From an uncultured Candidatus Saccharibacteria bacterium (GTDB lineage Bacteria; Patescibacteriota; Minisyncoccia; Phycocordibacterales; UBA9973), in the NCBI GenBank assembly GCA_964634365.1, contig CAZWJU010000004.1, forward strand, positions 3,927 through 67,926: a stretch of 64,000 nucleotides of DNA, read 5' to 3'. The translations under genes and the position numbers were made by a program. Under the pieces are notes generated by a model that was given only the letters and a program-made list of their open reading frames with translations, was not told where the DNA came from and did not search any database. This document shows positions 54,701 to 64,000 of this stretch, in pieces. Each line of letters begins with the position of its first letter. The first letter of the stretch is position 1.

Positions 54701-57700
54701 ATGAAAACAATTGATACAAGTGACTTTGACTACATAACACTCAAACTGGCTTCACCTGAAAATATACGTGAGTGGTCTTATGGAGAAGTAACAAAACCTG
54801 AGACTATTAACTACCGAACAGGACGCAGTGAACGCGGAGGTCTTTTCGATGAGCGAGTTTTTGGTCCAGAAAAAGACTATGAATGTTACTGTGGTAAATA
54901 CCGACGTATTCGCTACAAAGACATTGTGTGTGAAAAATGTGGAGTTGAAGTAACAAAATCTATAGTTCGTCGTGAACGTATGGGACACATAGAACTTGCG
55001 AGTCCTGTTGCGCATATCTGGTTTTTGCGCGGTGTTCCATCTCGGATGTCTATACTTCTAAATATTCCAGTTTCTGACTTGGAAAAGGTGATTTACTTTG
55101 CTGGATACATAATAACTAAAGTCCACGAAGAGGAAAAAGCAAAAATCATAAAAAATATAGAGAGTGAATACAAAGCAAAGATCAAAAGTATTGACGATGA
55201 AGAGACTCGTGAAAAACTTAAAAATCTTCTTGTAAATACAAAAAAAGAAATAGCTGAGATTCATGCTGGAAAAGTTTTAAATGAAATATCTTATCACCAC
55301 TTCTCTTTGAAGTACGGAATTTGTTTTGAGGCAGCTATTGGAGCTGAAGCGATTTTCAATATATTTAAATCTCTTGATCTAGAAAAACTCAAGAAACAAA
55401 CAGAAGAGATGCTTGAGAAGGCAAGTACAATCGACAAAGAAAAGCTAGAGCGCCGAATGTCCCTACTTCGTTCAATGATATATTCCAAGATTCGTCCAGA
55501 GTGGATGTTCTTGAGTGCTATACCAGTTATCCCACCTGCGCTTCGTCCTATGGTTGCTCTCGATGGAGGTAGACATGCGACTAGTGATCTAAACGATCTA
55601 TATCGTCGTGTTATAAACCGAAACAACCGTCTAAAGAAACTAAAAGAAATTGGAGCACCAGATGTTATTTTGCGTAACGAAAAACGTATTCTACAAGAAG
55701 CAGTAGATGCGCTTATCGACAACTCAATCGCAAAGCAAAACGACTCTCAGGCTGTTTCTCAGTCTCAGAAACGTGCACTAAAATCTCTTTCTGATAACCT
55801 AAAAAGTAAGCAAGGTCTATTCCGTCAAAACCTTCTCGGTAAGCGTGTAGACTACTCAGGACGTTCAGTTATCGTTGTTGGTCCTCAGTTGAAACTAAAC
55901 CAATGCGGTCTTCCAAAACACATGGCACTTGAGTTGTTCAGACCATTTATAATTTCAAAGATTTTGAAAAATGAACTCGCTTTCAATATTCGCGGAGCAA
56001 ACAAGCTTATCGAAGAAGGAGTTCCAGAAGTTTGGGCAATATTAGAAGAAGTGATCCAAGGAAAATACGTAATGCTAAACCGTGCTCCTACACTTCACAG
56101 ACTAGGTATTCAAGCTTTCAACCCAGTTCTAATCGAAGGAAATGCTATCCAAGTACACCCACTTGTGTGTGCGGCTTTCAACGCTGACTTCGACGGAGAC
56201 CAGATGGCTGTCTACTTGCCACTTTCAAACGATGCTCAAAACGAGGCTCGTGACTTGATGGCTTCAAACAAAAATCTACTAAAACCTCAAAACGGAGACC
56301 CTATCGTATCTGCAAAACTTCTAGACATCGTGCTCGGTTGTTATTGGATGACAAAATCAGTTGATGGAGAGATTGGTGAGGGTATGTATTTTGCAAGTCC
56401 AAACCAAGCAATCACAGCTTACGACTACGGAATGATCTCATACAGATCAAAAATATTTGTACTTCCTACTGATACAGAAAAGTACAAAGATCTACAAGGA
56501 AAACCATTTGAAACTTCTGTTGGAAGACTATTGTTTAACAGTTGTTTACCAAACGACTTTATGTTTGTGAACGAGGAAGTTAACCAAAAGAAGATGTCTG
56601 CAATACTCGACCAGGTTATTATGCGCTATGGTATAGACGCAACTCCTGCAATTCTCGATAAGATAAAAGATTTCGGTTATAAATACGCTACAAGATCTGG
56701 TGTTACTTGGAGTATCGACAACGTACGTGTACCAGCAGAAAAAGCTGAGATTATTGCACGCGGAAGAAAAGAAGAAGAAGTGATCATAGGTCAGTACAAC
56801 GACGGACTTCTCTCACATGAAGAAAAATACCAAAAGGTAATTGAAATTTGGGAAAGAATCAAAAAAGAACTTGAAAAGATTATGCCTTCAACTCTCGATA
56901 AAAATGGATCAGTGTATGATCTTGTGATGTCAGGAGCTCGCGGATCTATAGCTCAGGTTACTCAGATGGCTGGTATGAAAGGTTTGATTCAAAACACTAC
57001 TGGTAAGATTATCGATTTCCCAATCGTTCCTTCATTTATAGAAGGTCTATCACCACTAGAATACTTTATTACTACACACGGATCACGTAAGGGTCTAGCC
57101 GACACAGCTCTAAACACAGCTAAGGCTGGTTATCTAACACGTCGTCTTGTGGATGTTGCTCAGGATGTGATGATCTCAGAAGATGACTGTGGAACAAAAG
57201 AAGGTAAAAGACTTGTCAAAGAAACAATTGCAGGTATGGAAATATCTCTTGCAAAAAATATCCGTGGACGTATTTTGCACGCTGATATAAAAGATGCGAA
57301 CGGAGAAGTAATGTTTAAAAAAGGACATCTGATTACAAAAGAAGAATCACAAGCAATTGAAAAAGCTGGAATTACAGAAGTTACAGTACGTTCACCACTT
57401 ACATGTAAAACTCTACATGGCATATGTCAAAAATGTTACGGTCTAGACTTAGGAAGAAATAAACTTGTTGAAATCGGTGAAGCTGTAGGTATAGTTGCAG
57501 CGCAAGCTATCGGAGAACCTGGTACTCAGCTTACACTCCGAACATTCCACGCCGGAGGTGTTGCGGGAGTGGACATTACACAAGGTTTGCCTCGTATCGA
57601 AGAAATATTCGAAAGACGTGTTCCAAAGAACCCAGCTGTTGTATCAGAAACTGATGCACTTGTTACTGAAGTTTCAGACAAAGGAGCTGAGAGATTTATC

Positions 57701-58315
57701 AAGGTTCTATCAGACACAAAAGGAGATGCTAAATCAAACGAAATTGTTTATGAAGTATTGCCACGAAGAAACATATTGGTTAAGGTTGGAGAAAAAGTAA
57801 AGAAAGGCGAACTTCTAACTGATGGATCTGCTGATATAAACGAAATATTCAAATTTGGAGGTATTGAACTTGCTGAAGAGTATATCGTCCAAGAAATAAA
57901 CAAAGTTTACGAACTACAAGGAGCTTCAATTTCTCGTAAACATATTGAAATCATAATCCGTCAGATGTTCTCAAGAAAGAAAATCAAGCACTCTGGAGAC
58001 ACTACATTTTCTCCTGGAGAAATAGTAGAAAACGTAGAACTTATAGAAGAGAACGAGCGTACAGAGAGTACTGGTGGAGAGCCTGCAAAAGCTGAAAATA
58101 TTATTCTTGGAATTACTGAAACATCACTTACTACTAAGAGTTGGCTTTCAGCTGCTTCATTCCAAAACACAAACCGTGTTCTTATAAACAACGCAGTTAG
58201 AGGTGGTATAGATACATTGCGTGGACTAAAAGAGAACGTGATTATCGGAAGACTTATTCCTGCTGGAACAGGATTTCGTGAAAGACAAAAGAGAGAAGAA
58301 GGCGATTTAGATTAG
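54701..58315 (+). CDS. rpoC: RNA polymerase beta' subunit
   Basis: NADFDGD, GKRVDYSGR, zinc fingers, GEPGTQLTLRTFH. Confidence 0.99.
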   Translation: MKTIDTSDFDYITLKLASPENIREWSYGEVTKPETINYRTGRSERGGLFDERVFGPEKDYECYCGKYRRIRYKDIVCEKCGVEVTKSIVRRERMGHIELASPVAHIWFLRGVPSRMSILLNIPVSDLEKVIYFAGYIITKVHEEEKAKIIKNIESEYKAKIKSIDDEETREKLKNLLVNTKKEIAEIHAGKVLNEISYHHFSLKYGICFEAAIGAEAIFNIFKSLDLEKLKKQTEEMLEKASTIDKEKLERRMSLLRSMIYSKIRPEWMFLSAIPVIPPALRPMVALDGGRHATSDLNDLYRRVINRNNRLKKLKEIGAPDVILRNEKRILQEAVDALIDNSIAKQNDSQAVSQSQKRALKSLSDNLKSKQGLFRQNLLGKRVDYSGRSVIVVGPQLKLNQCGLPKHMALELFRPFIISKILKNELAFNIRGANKLIEEGVPEVWAILEEVIQGKYVMLNRAPTLHRLGIQAFNPVLIEGNAIQVHPLVCAAFNADFDGDQMAVYLPLSNDAQNEARDLMASNKNLLKPQNGDPIVSAKLLDIVLGCYWMTKSVDGEIGEGMYFASPNQAITAYDYGMISYRSKIFVLPTDTEKYKDLQGKPFETSVGRLLFNSCLPNDFMFVNEEVNQKKMSAILDQVIMRYGIDATPAILDKIKDFGYKYATRSGVTWSIDNVRVPAEKAEIIARGRKEEEVIIGQYNDGLLSHEEKYQKVIEIWERIKKELEKIMPSTLDKNGSVYDLVMSGARGSIAQVTQMAGMKGLIQNTTGKIIDFPIVPSFIEGLSPLEYFITTHGSRKGLADTALNTAKAGYLTRRLVDVAQDVMISEDDCGTKEGKRLVKETIAGMEISLAKNIRGRILHADIKDANGEVMFKKGHLITKEESQAIEKAGITEVTVRSPLTCKTLHGICQKCYGLDLGRNKLVEIGEAVGIVAAQAIGEPGTQLTLRTFHAGGVAGVDITQGLPRIEEIFERRVPKNPAVVSETDALVTEVSDKGAERFIKVLSDTKGDAKSNEIVYEVLPRRNILVKVGEKVKKGELLTDGSADINEIFKFGGIELAEEYIVQEINKVYELQGASISRKHIEIIIRQMFSRKKIKHSGDTTFSPGEIVENVELIEENERTESTGGEPAKAENIILGITETSLTTKSWLSAASFQNTNRVLINNAVRGGIDTLRGLKENVIIGRLIPAGTGFRERQKREEGDLD

Positions 58316-58381
58316 TTTTCAAGTTTAGTTTCTTGTTGTGCGTGTGCGCTTAGATTTAAAATGTGTGACTTTGGGTGAATT

Positions 58382-60112
58382 ATGCTATCACCAGTTGAAC
58401 AAATAAAAGAAAGGCTTTCTATAGTAGATGTAGTATCTTCTTACGTAAAACTAGAAAAAGCTGGTACATATTTTAAGGCACGGTGTCCTTTTCACAATGA
58501 AAAGACCGCTTCGTTTTTCGTCTCGCCCAGTAGGGGAACCTATCACTGTTTTGGATGCGCCAAAGGAGGGGATATCTTTACCTTCACAGAAGAGATCGAA
58601 GGGTTTGATTTTTCTCACGCTCTAACATATTTGGCTGAGCGTGCGGGGGTCACTATTGCTCGTGAATCTGATTTCGAAAAATCAAAACGCTCAAAGCTTT
58701 ATGCTGTTATGAACGAAGCAGTTAATTTTTACGAGAAAAATCGTAAGAATGATTCTGATGTAAATAAGTATCTATATGATCGTGGAATAAATGAAGATAC
58801 TTTGGTTTTGTTTTCTGTTGGTTTCGCTCCGCTTGCATGGGATTCTTTGGTTAAGCATCTTCGTTCAAAAGGCTACGACGACAAAACAATGGAAGAAGTC
58901 GGACTTTCTTTAAAATCTGAACACGGCTATATAGATAGATTTAGAGGGAGAATTATGTTTCCAATAGCAGACTCTCAGGGGCGCACAGTAGCTTTTACAG
59001 GGCGAATATTTGCACGGCCAAATACCGAAGAGCCAGAAAATGTCGGCAAGTATGTGAACTCGCCTGAGACAGTTTTGTACAACAAGTCACGCATATTGTA
59101 TGGGTATAGCAAAGCCAAACAATCTATTTTACGTATTGGATACGTAGTTGTGGTAGAAGGTCAAATAGACCTACTTGCTGCTGTTCAAGCAGGAACCGAG
59201 AACGTAGTAGCTGTTAGTGGTACTGCTATGACAAAGGATCACTTGGATCTACTTAGTCGCTTTACTGACAAAATATATTTTTCTTTTGATTCTGACAACG
59301 CAGGCCTGAAGGCTGGAGCTAGAGGTATCGGACTTGCTATAGAGTTAGGATTAGAAGTAAAGCTTTTGATGTTGCCAAAGGGTGATGACCCAGCTAGTCT
59401 AATAAAAGAAAAAGGCTTAGAAGCTTGGCAGGCAGTTATAAATCAAGCCAAGCACCCGATAGATTTTTTCCTAGAATCAATAATTGACAGTACAAAAGAT
59501 GATCGTGAAAGATTAAAAAGAGTTAAAAATGAAGTGCTCCCATATCTTGTTATGATCGGAGGCGACTTAGAGAGAGGACATTTTATACAAAAGATCTCTC
59601 AAGCATTAAACGCCAAAGAAGGGGATGTCAGATCAGAAGTTGAGACGTTATTGAAAAATAGGAACAAAGATAGGCTAGATACAATCAATACTCCCATACA
59701 AACAAATCCTACAAAATCAAACAAAGATCGTATAATGGATAGATTAGTCGGTATATACATAATGGGTAAAATTAGAAATGACGCTAGAGTAAACACAGAA
59801 GAGTTAGAGGCAGATTGGCAAAGAATTTTGAACACATCTCTACAAGAGACATTGGATAAAATACCAGATAAAAAAAGAGAAGACATACTGTTTGAATCCG
59901 ATGTGTTTTATCAGACAAAAGAATCACTGAAAGACGATATAAAGATTCTCTGTTTAGAACTAGAAAAAGTTTTATTAGAAGATAGATTTCAAGAATTATT
60001 ATTAGTTTTAAAAAAGAGTGAGTCAGATAAAAATTCAGTTTTAGCATTAGAGACTTTAGGAGAGTGTCAAAAAATATCAAAACGTATCGATGAGATTAAA
60101 AGTCAATTATAA
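58382..60112 (+). CDS. dnaG: DNA primase
   Basis: CPFH...CFGC, DRFRGRIMFP, KYVNSPET, VEG..D, FDSD.AG. Confidence 0.97.
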   Translation: MLSPVEQIKERLSIVDVVSSYVKLEKAGTYFKARCPFHNEKTASFFVSPSRGTYHCFGCAKGGDIFTFTEEIEGFDFSHALTYLAERAGVTIARESDFEKSKRSKLYAVMNEAVNFYEKNRKNDSDVNKYLYDRGINEDTLVLFSVGFAPLAWDSLVKHLRSKGYDDKTMEEVGLSLKSEHGYIDRFRGRIMFPIADSQGRTVAFTGRIFARPNTEEPENVGKYVNSPETVLYNKSRILYGYSKAKQSILRIGYVVVVEGQIDLLAAVQAGTENVVAVSGTAMTKDHLDLLSRFTDKIYFSFDSDNAGLKAGARGIGLAIELGLEVKLLMLPKGDDPASLIKEKGLEAWQAVINQAKHPIDFFLESIIDSTKDDRERLKRVKNEVLPYLVMIGGDLERGHFIQKISQALNAKEGDVRSEVETLLKNRNKDRLDTINTPIQTNPTKSNKDRIMDRLVGIYIMGKIRNDARVNTEELEADWQRILNTSLQETLDKIPDKKREDILFESDVFYQTKESLKDDIKILCLELEKVLLEDRFQELLLVLKKSESDKNSVLALETLGECQKISKRIDEIKSQL

Positions 60113-60127
60113 TTAATCAAAATAAAA

Positions 60128-61414
60128 ATGAGTAAAAAAACTGCCAAAAAGAAGAAAAAGGTTACTCCAGCTAAAAAGCCAAAAGCTAAAAAAGTAGCCC
60201 CAAAGAAGAAAAAGGTTACCAAAAAGTCTGCTCCTGTAGTATCAACTCCGGCAACGCGTAAAGCCGCATATGCGAAGGCAAATGCAGCTAAAAAGCCAAA
60301 GGAGCGCCCTCTAGGTCAAAAGCTCAATGCTGCTGAGAAAAAAGCTCTTGTATTGGAGCAAAAATCTAGTCTTTTGATCGAAAAGGGTAGAAAGAGAGGT
60401 TTTATAACATACGATGAAATTCTACAAGTTTTCCCAGATATAGAAAACAACATTCTATTTCTAGATGAATTGTATGACAAGTTCACTGTTGCCGGTATCG
60501 ACGTTTTGGAAGGTGGAAACTTGCTCGATGTAGATGGTCCAAAAGATAAAAATGAATACAAGCATGGCAAGGATCATTCATCATACGATTCTATTCAAAT
60601 ATATCTAAAAGAAATTGGTCAGTACCCACTTATCCAAGCCAACGAAGAAAAGGAGCTTGCGAAAAGAATAGAACAGGGTGATCTCGAGGCAAAAAATTTA
60701 CTCGCTAGAGCAAACTTACGTCTTGTTGTTTCTATTGCAAAAAAATATGTAGGAAGAAGTTCAGACTTAACTTTACTAGACCTAATCCAGGAGGGTAACT
60801 TGGGACTTTTTAAGGCAGTTGAAAAGTTCGATTGGACCAAAGGATATAAGTTTTCTACATATGCAACTTGGTGGATTCGCCAGTCTATAACTCGCGCTCT
60901 CGCAGACCAGTCTCGCACTATTCGTATTCCTGTGCACATGGTTGAAACTATTTCAAAATATAAACAAGTTGTTCGACGGCTCTCACAAGATTTGGGACGT
61001 GAACCATTAGCTGAAGAGATCGCAACAGAGATGGGAATAGATGTTGAAAAAATTCATATAATTGAAAATATAAATCAAGAAACTATTTCTCTTGAGCAAC
61101 CAATAGGGGACGATGATGAAAAATCTACACGAGGAGAATTCATACCAGACGATAAAATTTTGAGACCAGACCAAGAATCTTCACGTAGAATATTGTCAGA
61201 TAAAATCAAAGAGGTTTTGGACGAGCTTTCTCCAAAAGAAAAGAAAATATTGGAGATGCGCTATGGTCTAATGGATGGAGTCCAGCATACTCTAGAGGAA
61301 GTTGGGCAAGAGTTCGGAGTGACCCGTGAACGTATTCGTCAGATTGAAGCCAAGGTGCATGAGAAGCTTCGACAAAACGATAAAATACTAAGACTCAAAA
61401 ATTATTTCGATTAA
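60128..61414 (+). CDS. rpoD: Primary sigma factor RpoD with Lys-rich N-terminal extension
   Basis: [42 protein letters not shown]. Confidence 0.96.
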   Translation: MSKKTAKKKKKVTPAKKPKAKKVAPKKKKVTKKSAPVVSTPATRKAAYAKANAAKKPKERPLGQKLNAAEKKALVLEQKSSLLIEKGRKRGFITYDEILQVFPDIENNILFLDELYDKFTVAGIDVLEGGNLLDVDGPKDKNEYKHGKDHSSYDSIQIYLKEIGQYPLIQANEEKELAKRIEQGDLEAKNLLARANLRLVVSIAKKYVGRSSDLTLLDLIQEGNLGLFKAVEKFDWTKGYKFSTYATWWIRQSITRALADQSRTIRIPVHMVETISKYKQVVRRLSQDLGREPLAEEIATEMGIDVEKIHIIENINQETISLEQPIGDDDEKSTRGEFIPDDKILRPDQESSRRILSDKIKEVLDELSPKEKKILEMRYGLMDGVQHTLEEVGQEFGVTRERIRQIEAKVHEKLRQNDKILRLKNYFD

Positions 61415-61457
61415 AAATAAAAAATCACTCGACCAAGGTCGAGTGATTTTTTATTTT
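61414..61457. terminator. Bidirectional terminator
   Basis: AATAAAAAATCACTCGACC-AA-GGTCGAGTGATTTTTTATT. Confidence 0.8.
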
Positions 61458-62184
61458 AAAGTAACTTGTCTATTAGCTGTTCCATTATATCTAGTGGTAT
61501 TGCGCCAGATACTGGATAAGTTTTACCTTTTACTATCAGGACATTGTAAGGAGTGCCTTTTGCACCAGCATTTTCACCTTCTTTACGATTTTCTTCTACA
61601 TAAGTAGCGTATTTGCCACTATCTAGACATTCTGTGAATACTGCCTTATCTAGACCCAAATCTCCAGCTATTGTGTAAAGCATCTTAGGATCTAGTCCGT
61701 CATTGGATGGTGTTATGCTGTAAATTTCATCGATATATTTCCAAAACATATCATTTCCACCTTGTTCCCATGCGCACTCTGTAGCTTCTGCTTCTTTGGC
61801 TGCTTTTGCATGAAGTGATTCGATTGGGAAGTGTCTGTATACCCAAGCTACATCTTCACCATATTTTTCTACAGTTTCTTGTAGAACATCGTGGAATCTC
61901 TTGCAGAAAGGGCACTCTGTATCTGAGTATTCAACTATAACTATTTTTGCATCAGGACTACCTATTATGTGATCTCGCTCGGTTATAGGGGTAACTTCAA
62001 CAGTATTTTTAGCGTTTATTATATTTTCTAAAAAGGCTTGTTCCGGATCTGGGTTTGTGCTTGTTTTTACACCGCCTGAATTTGATGCAAATATAGCTAT
62101 GGCTATTAAAAAACCAGCCAGGACTATAGCACTCGGTAAAGTTAGTAAATTTTTCTTGTTTTGTGGTTCATTTTCGTTTGTCAT
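61456..62184 (-). CDS. DsbA-family thioredoxin-fold protein
   Basis: N-terminal TM, EYSDTECPFC, RHFP, GTP. Confidence 0.92.
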   Translation of the reverse strand: MTNENEPQNKKNLLTLPSAIVLAGFLIAIAIFASNSGGVKTSTNPDPEQAFLENIINAKNTVEVTPITERDHIIGSPDAKIVIVEYSDTECPFCKRFHDVLQETVEKYGEDVAWVYRHFPIESLHAKAAKEAEATECAWEQGGNDMFWKYIDEIYSITPSNDGLDPKMLYTIAGDLGLDKAVFTECLDSGKYATYVEENRKEGENAGAKGTPYNVLIVKGKTYPVSGAIPLDIMEQLIDKLL

Positions 62185-62271
62185 AATGGTAATTGTATCT
62201 TATTATTATATAAACGTCTAATTCATGAAATGTGTTGAAAAGACTATGTTTTTATGCTAATATTAGCCCAC

Positions 62272-63552
62272 ATGTTTGAAACAATTCCAAGCCTCCAAAC
62301 CATCGTAATTTATAGCCTTTCTTTCCTGTCTTTGTTCGTGCAGGTGTTTTTTCTTGTTACTTATATCGAGAGACGCAAAGATATTTTGATCAGAAGAAAA
62401 GATATTGTTTTGAAGAGATATCCTTCGGTCAGCATAATCGTGCCTTGTTACAACGAAGAGAAAACTTTATACAAAACTGTTAGATCTCTACTCGATTTAG
62501 ACTATCCTAAAAATAAGCTCACAATTATTCTTGTAGACGACGGAAGTATAGATGGTACTTGGTCTATAATGCAGAAATTTTCTAAAAATAGTCAGATACA
62601 AGTTCACCGCAAAGTAAACGGAGGAAAGCATACAGCTATGAACTGGGGTATAGAACATTCAGATTCTGAGCTTATAGGGGGATTAGACGCCGATTCTTTT
62701 GTGGACAAAGAGGCGCTTAAGCGTATAGTAACGTATTTCAATGACCCTACCACTATGGCTGTTGCACCTTCTATACTTGTTTATCGCCCAAACAATATTC
62801 TTCAGAAAGCACAGAAAGCAGAGTACGATATGGCAATATACACAAAGAAGATGCTTGGATTTTTAGGTGGTATACACGTTACGCCTGGTCCGTTTTCAAT
62901 TTTTAGAAAAAAGGTATTTAACGAGATTGGTCACTATAAAAAGGCTCACAATACAGAAGATCAAGAGATCGCTTTGCGTATGCACGAGTTTGGTTACAAG
63001 ATAGAACATTGCCCAGATGCATATGTTTACACAGTTAGTCCACGATCTATAAAGGCTCTGTATAAACAAAGATTGCGATGGATCTACGGATTTATAAAGA
63101 ACACATTTGACTACAGAAGACTTTTCTTTAAAAAGAAATATGGGAACCTAGGATTTTTTACGCTTCCGGCTGGTGCTATATCTATAATGTCAGTAATTGC
63201 CTTGGCTAGTATATGGATTTCATACCTAGTTAAATTTATAAATAAAAAGGTTGTCATGTGGGAAACAGTTGGTTTTGAGAGTGCGATATCTCCTAGGTCT
63301 TTTGATTGGTTTTTTATAAACACAGAAGGTATCGTTTTTATGTCTTTTGTGCTCTACAGTCTTATAGTTATGGCTTTAATTTTAGGTCGCAGAATGGGTG
63401 CTGGTAAAAAAGGCTTGTCCTTAGATGTATTTTATTTTGTTGCGGTGTATAGTGTGATCGCTCCAGCTTGGATACTAAAAGCTATATGGAACGCAATAAT
63501 GTCTAAAGAGTCTAACTGGATAGGCGAGCGCAAACCGGGTAGAGTAATATAA
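62272..63552 (+). CDS. Membrane GT2 glycosyltransferase (PgaC/IcaA-like processive type)
   Basis: PCYNEE, DDGS, DAD, TED, QRLRW; flanking TM helices. Confidence 0.9.
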   Translation: MFETIPSLQTIVIYSLSFLSLFVQVFFLVTYIERRKDILIRRKDIVLKRYPSVSIIVPCYNEEKTLYKTVRSLLDLDYPKNKLTIILVDDGSIDGTWSIMQKFSKNSQIQVHRKVNGGKHTAMNWGIEHSDSELIGGLDADSFVDKEALKRIVTYFNDPTTMAVAPSILVYRPNNILQKAQKAEYDMAIYTKKMLGFLGGIHVTPGPFSIFRKKVFNEIGHYKKAHNTEDQEIALRMHEFGYKIEHCPDAYVYTVSPRSIKALYKQRLRWIYGFIKNTFDYRRLFFKKKYGNLGFFTLPAGAISIMSVIALASIWISYLVKFINKKVVMWETVGFESAISPRSFDWFFINTEGIVFMSFVLYSLIVMALILGRRMGAGKKGLSLDVFYFVAVYSVIAPAWILKAIWNAIMSKESNWIGERKPGRVI

Positions 63553-63557
63553 AACTT

Positions 63558-64000
63558 ATGAACAACAAACTTGATTGGAAAAAATATTTACTTGTTTTCT
63601 TTATAACGCTGACTATATTTATAGTTGCTGTTTCTTTGAGTAACTATTTTACAAATAAAAAAATTAACCAAATTGAATCAATTCAAGATAGTATTTCGAT
63701 TGATATATTGTCATCTGAGACACAGTTCTCTTTACTAGAAGAGCTTGCTTGCAGCGATGTTGATGAGACAGTTCTGTCTCAAGAATTGAATTCTTTGGCT
63801 GAGAAGATTACTTATACAGAGCAAAACTTTAGTGAATCAGAAGAGCTAGATCGTCTAAAGAAATACTACGCACTGCTAGAGATAAAAGACTATCTTTTGA
63901 TGAAGAAAATTTCTGAAAGATGTGGAACAGAGTCTGTGTTTGTATTGTATTTTTATACAACTAGTGAAAACTGTAGTGAGTGCGTTAGACAGGGGTATGT
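63558..64000 (+). CDS. Membrane-anchored protein with CxxC (partial)
   Basis: MNNKLDWKKYLLVFFIT...VLYFYTTSENCSECVRQGY; open at the window end. Confidence 0.7.
   Translation, partial: MNNKLDWKKYLLVFFITLTIFIVAVSLSNYFTNKKINQIESIQDSISIDILSSETQFSLLEELACSDVDETVLSQELNSLAEKITYTEQNFSESEELDRLKKYYALLEIKDYLLMKKISERCGTESVFVLYFYTTSENCSECVRQGY

Noticed and set aside
51488-58315. Inteins or introns in rpoB, rpoC (also checked dnaE and gyrB)
   Set aside because: The proteins are continuous and of normal or compact length, with no splice motifs seen
60128-60330. Lys/Ala/Pro-rich N-terminus of RpoD as a separate repeat element
   Set aside because: In-frame low-complexity extension of a kind known in primary sigma factors; not a DNA repeat
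4087-61457. Recurrent hairpins as CRISPR repeats, attC sites or REP elements
   Set aside because: Stem sequences differ from each other, are not regularly spaced, lack attC R boxes and carry A/T tails typical of intrinsic terminators; no cas or integrase gene is present

Overview
This AT-rich chromosomal window looks like a Candidate Phyla Radiation / Patescibacteria (Parcubacteria-type) bacterium. That assignment is inferred from shortened PheS, PheT, ThrS and SMC, a NusB-Nudix fusion and a Gmad2-domain protein. The core backbone is rodA, folD, secDF, lemA, htpX, msrB, tag, a UvrD-nuclease, pheST, gyrB, thrS, dnaE, rnhB, rpmF, nusB, rnc, smc, rnr, rpsP, khpA, trmD, rpoBC, dnaG, rpoD and tRNA-Ser(GGA). 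About a dozen stand-alone accessory units interrupt it, most with their own near-consensus sigma70 promoter and a hairpin terminator. They include a type-II glutamine synthetase, 4-hydroxyphenylpyruvate dioxygenase, two distant paralogues with UVR-like tails and a His-less HisKA-like protein. The strongest unannotated signal is a complete ribosome-mediated attenuator upstream of thrS: an apparently leaderless MQIN-T8 peptide with mutually exclusive 1:2, 2:3 and 3:4 stems. Other signals are widespread leaderless-type promoters, several microproteins below the ORF-track cut-off, a wobble-rich 28-bp 5'-leader hairpin and RRDR substitutions in RpoB. No CRISPR array, integrase or transposase was seen. 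All calls come from reading the sequence by eye; no searches were run.
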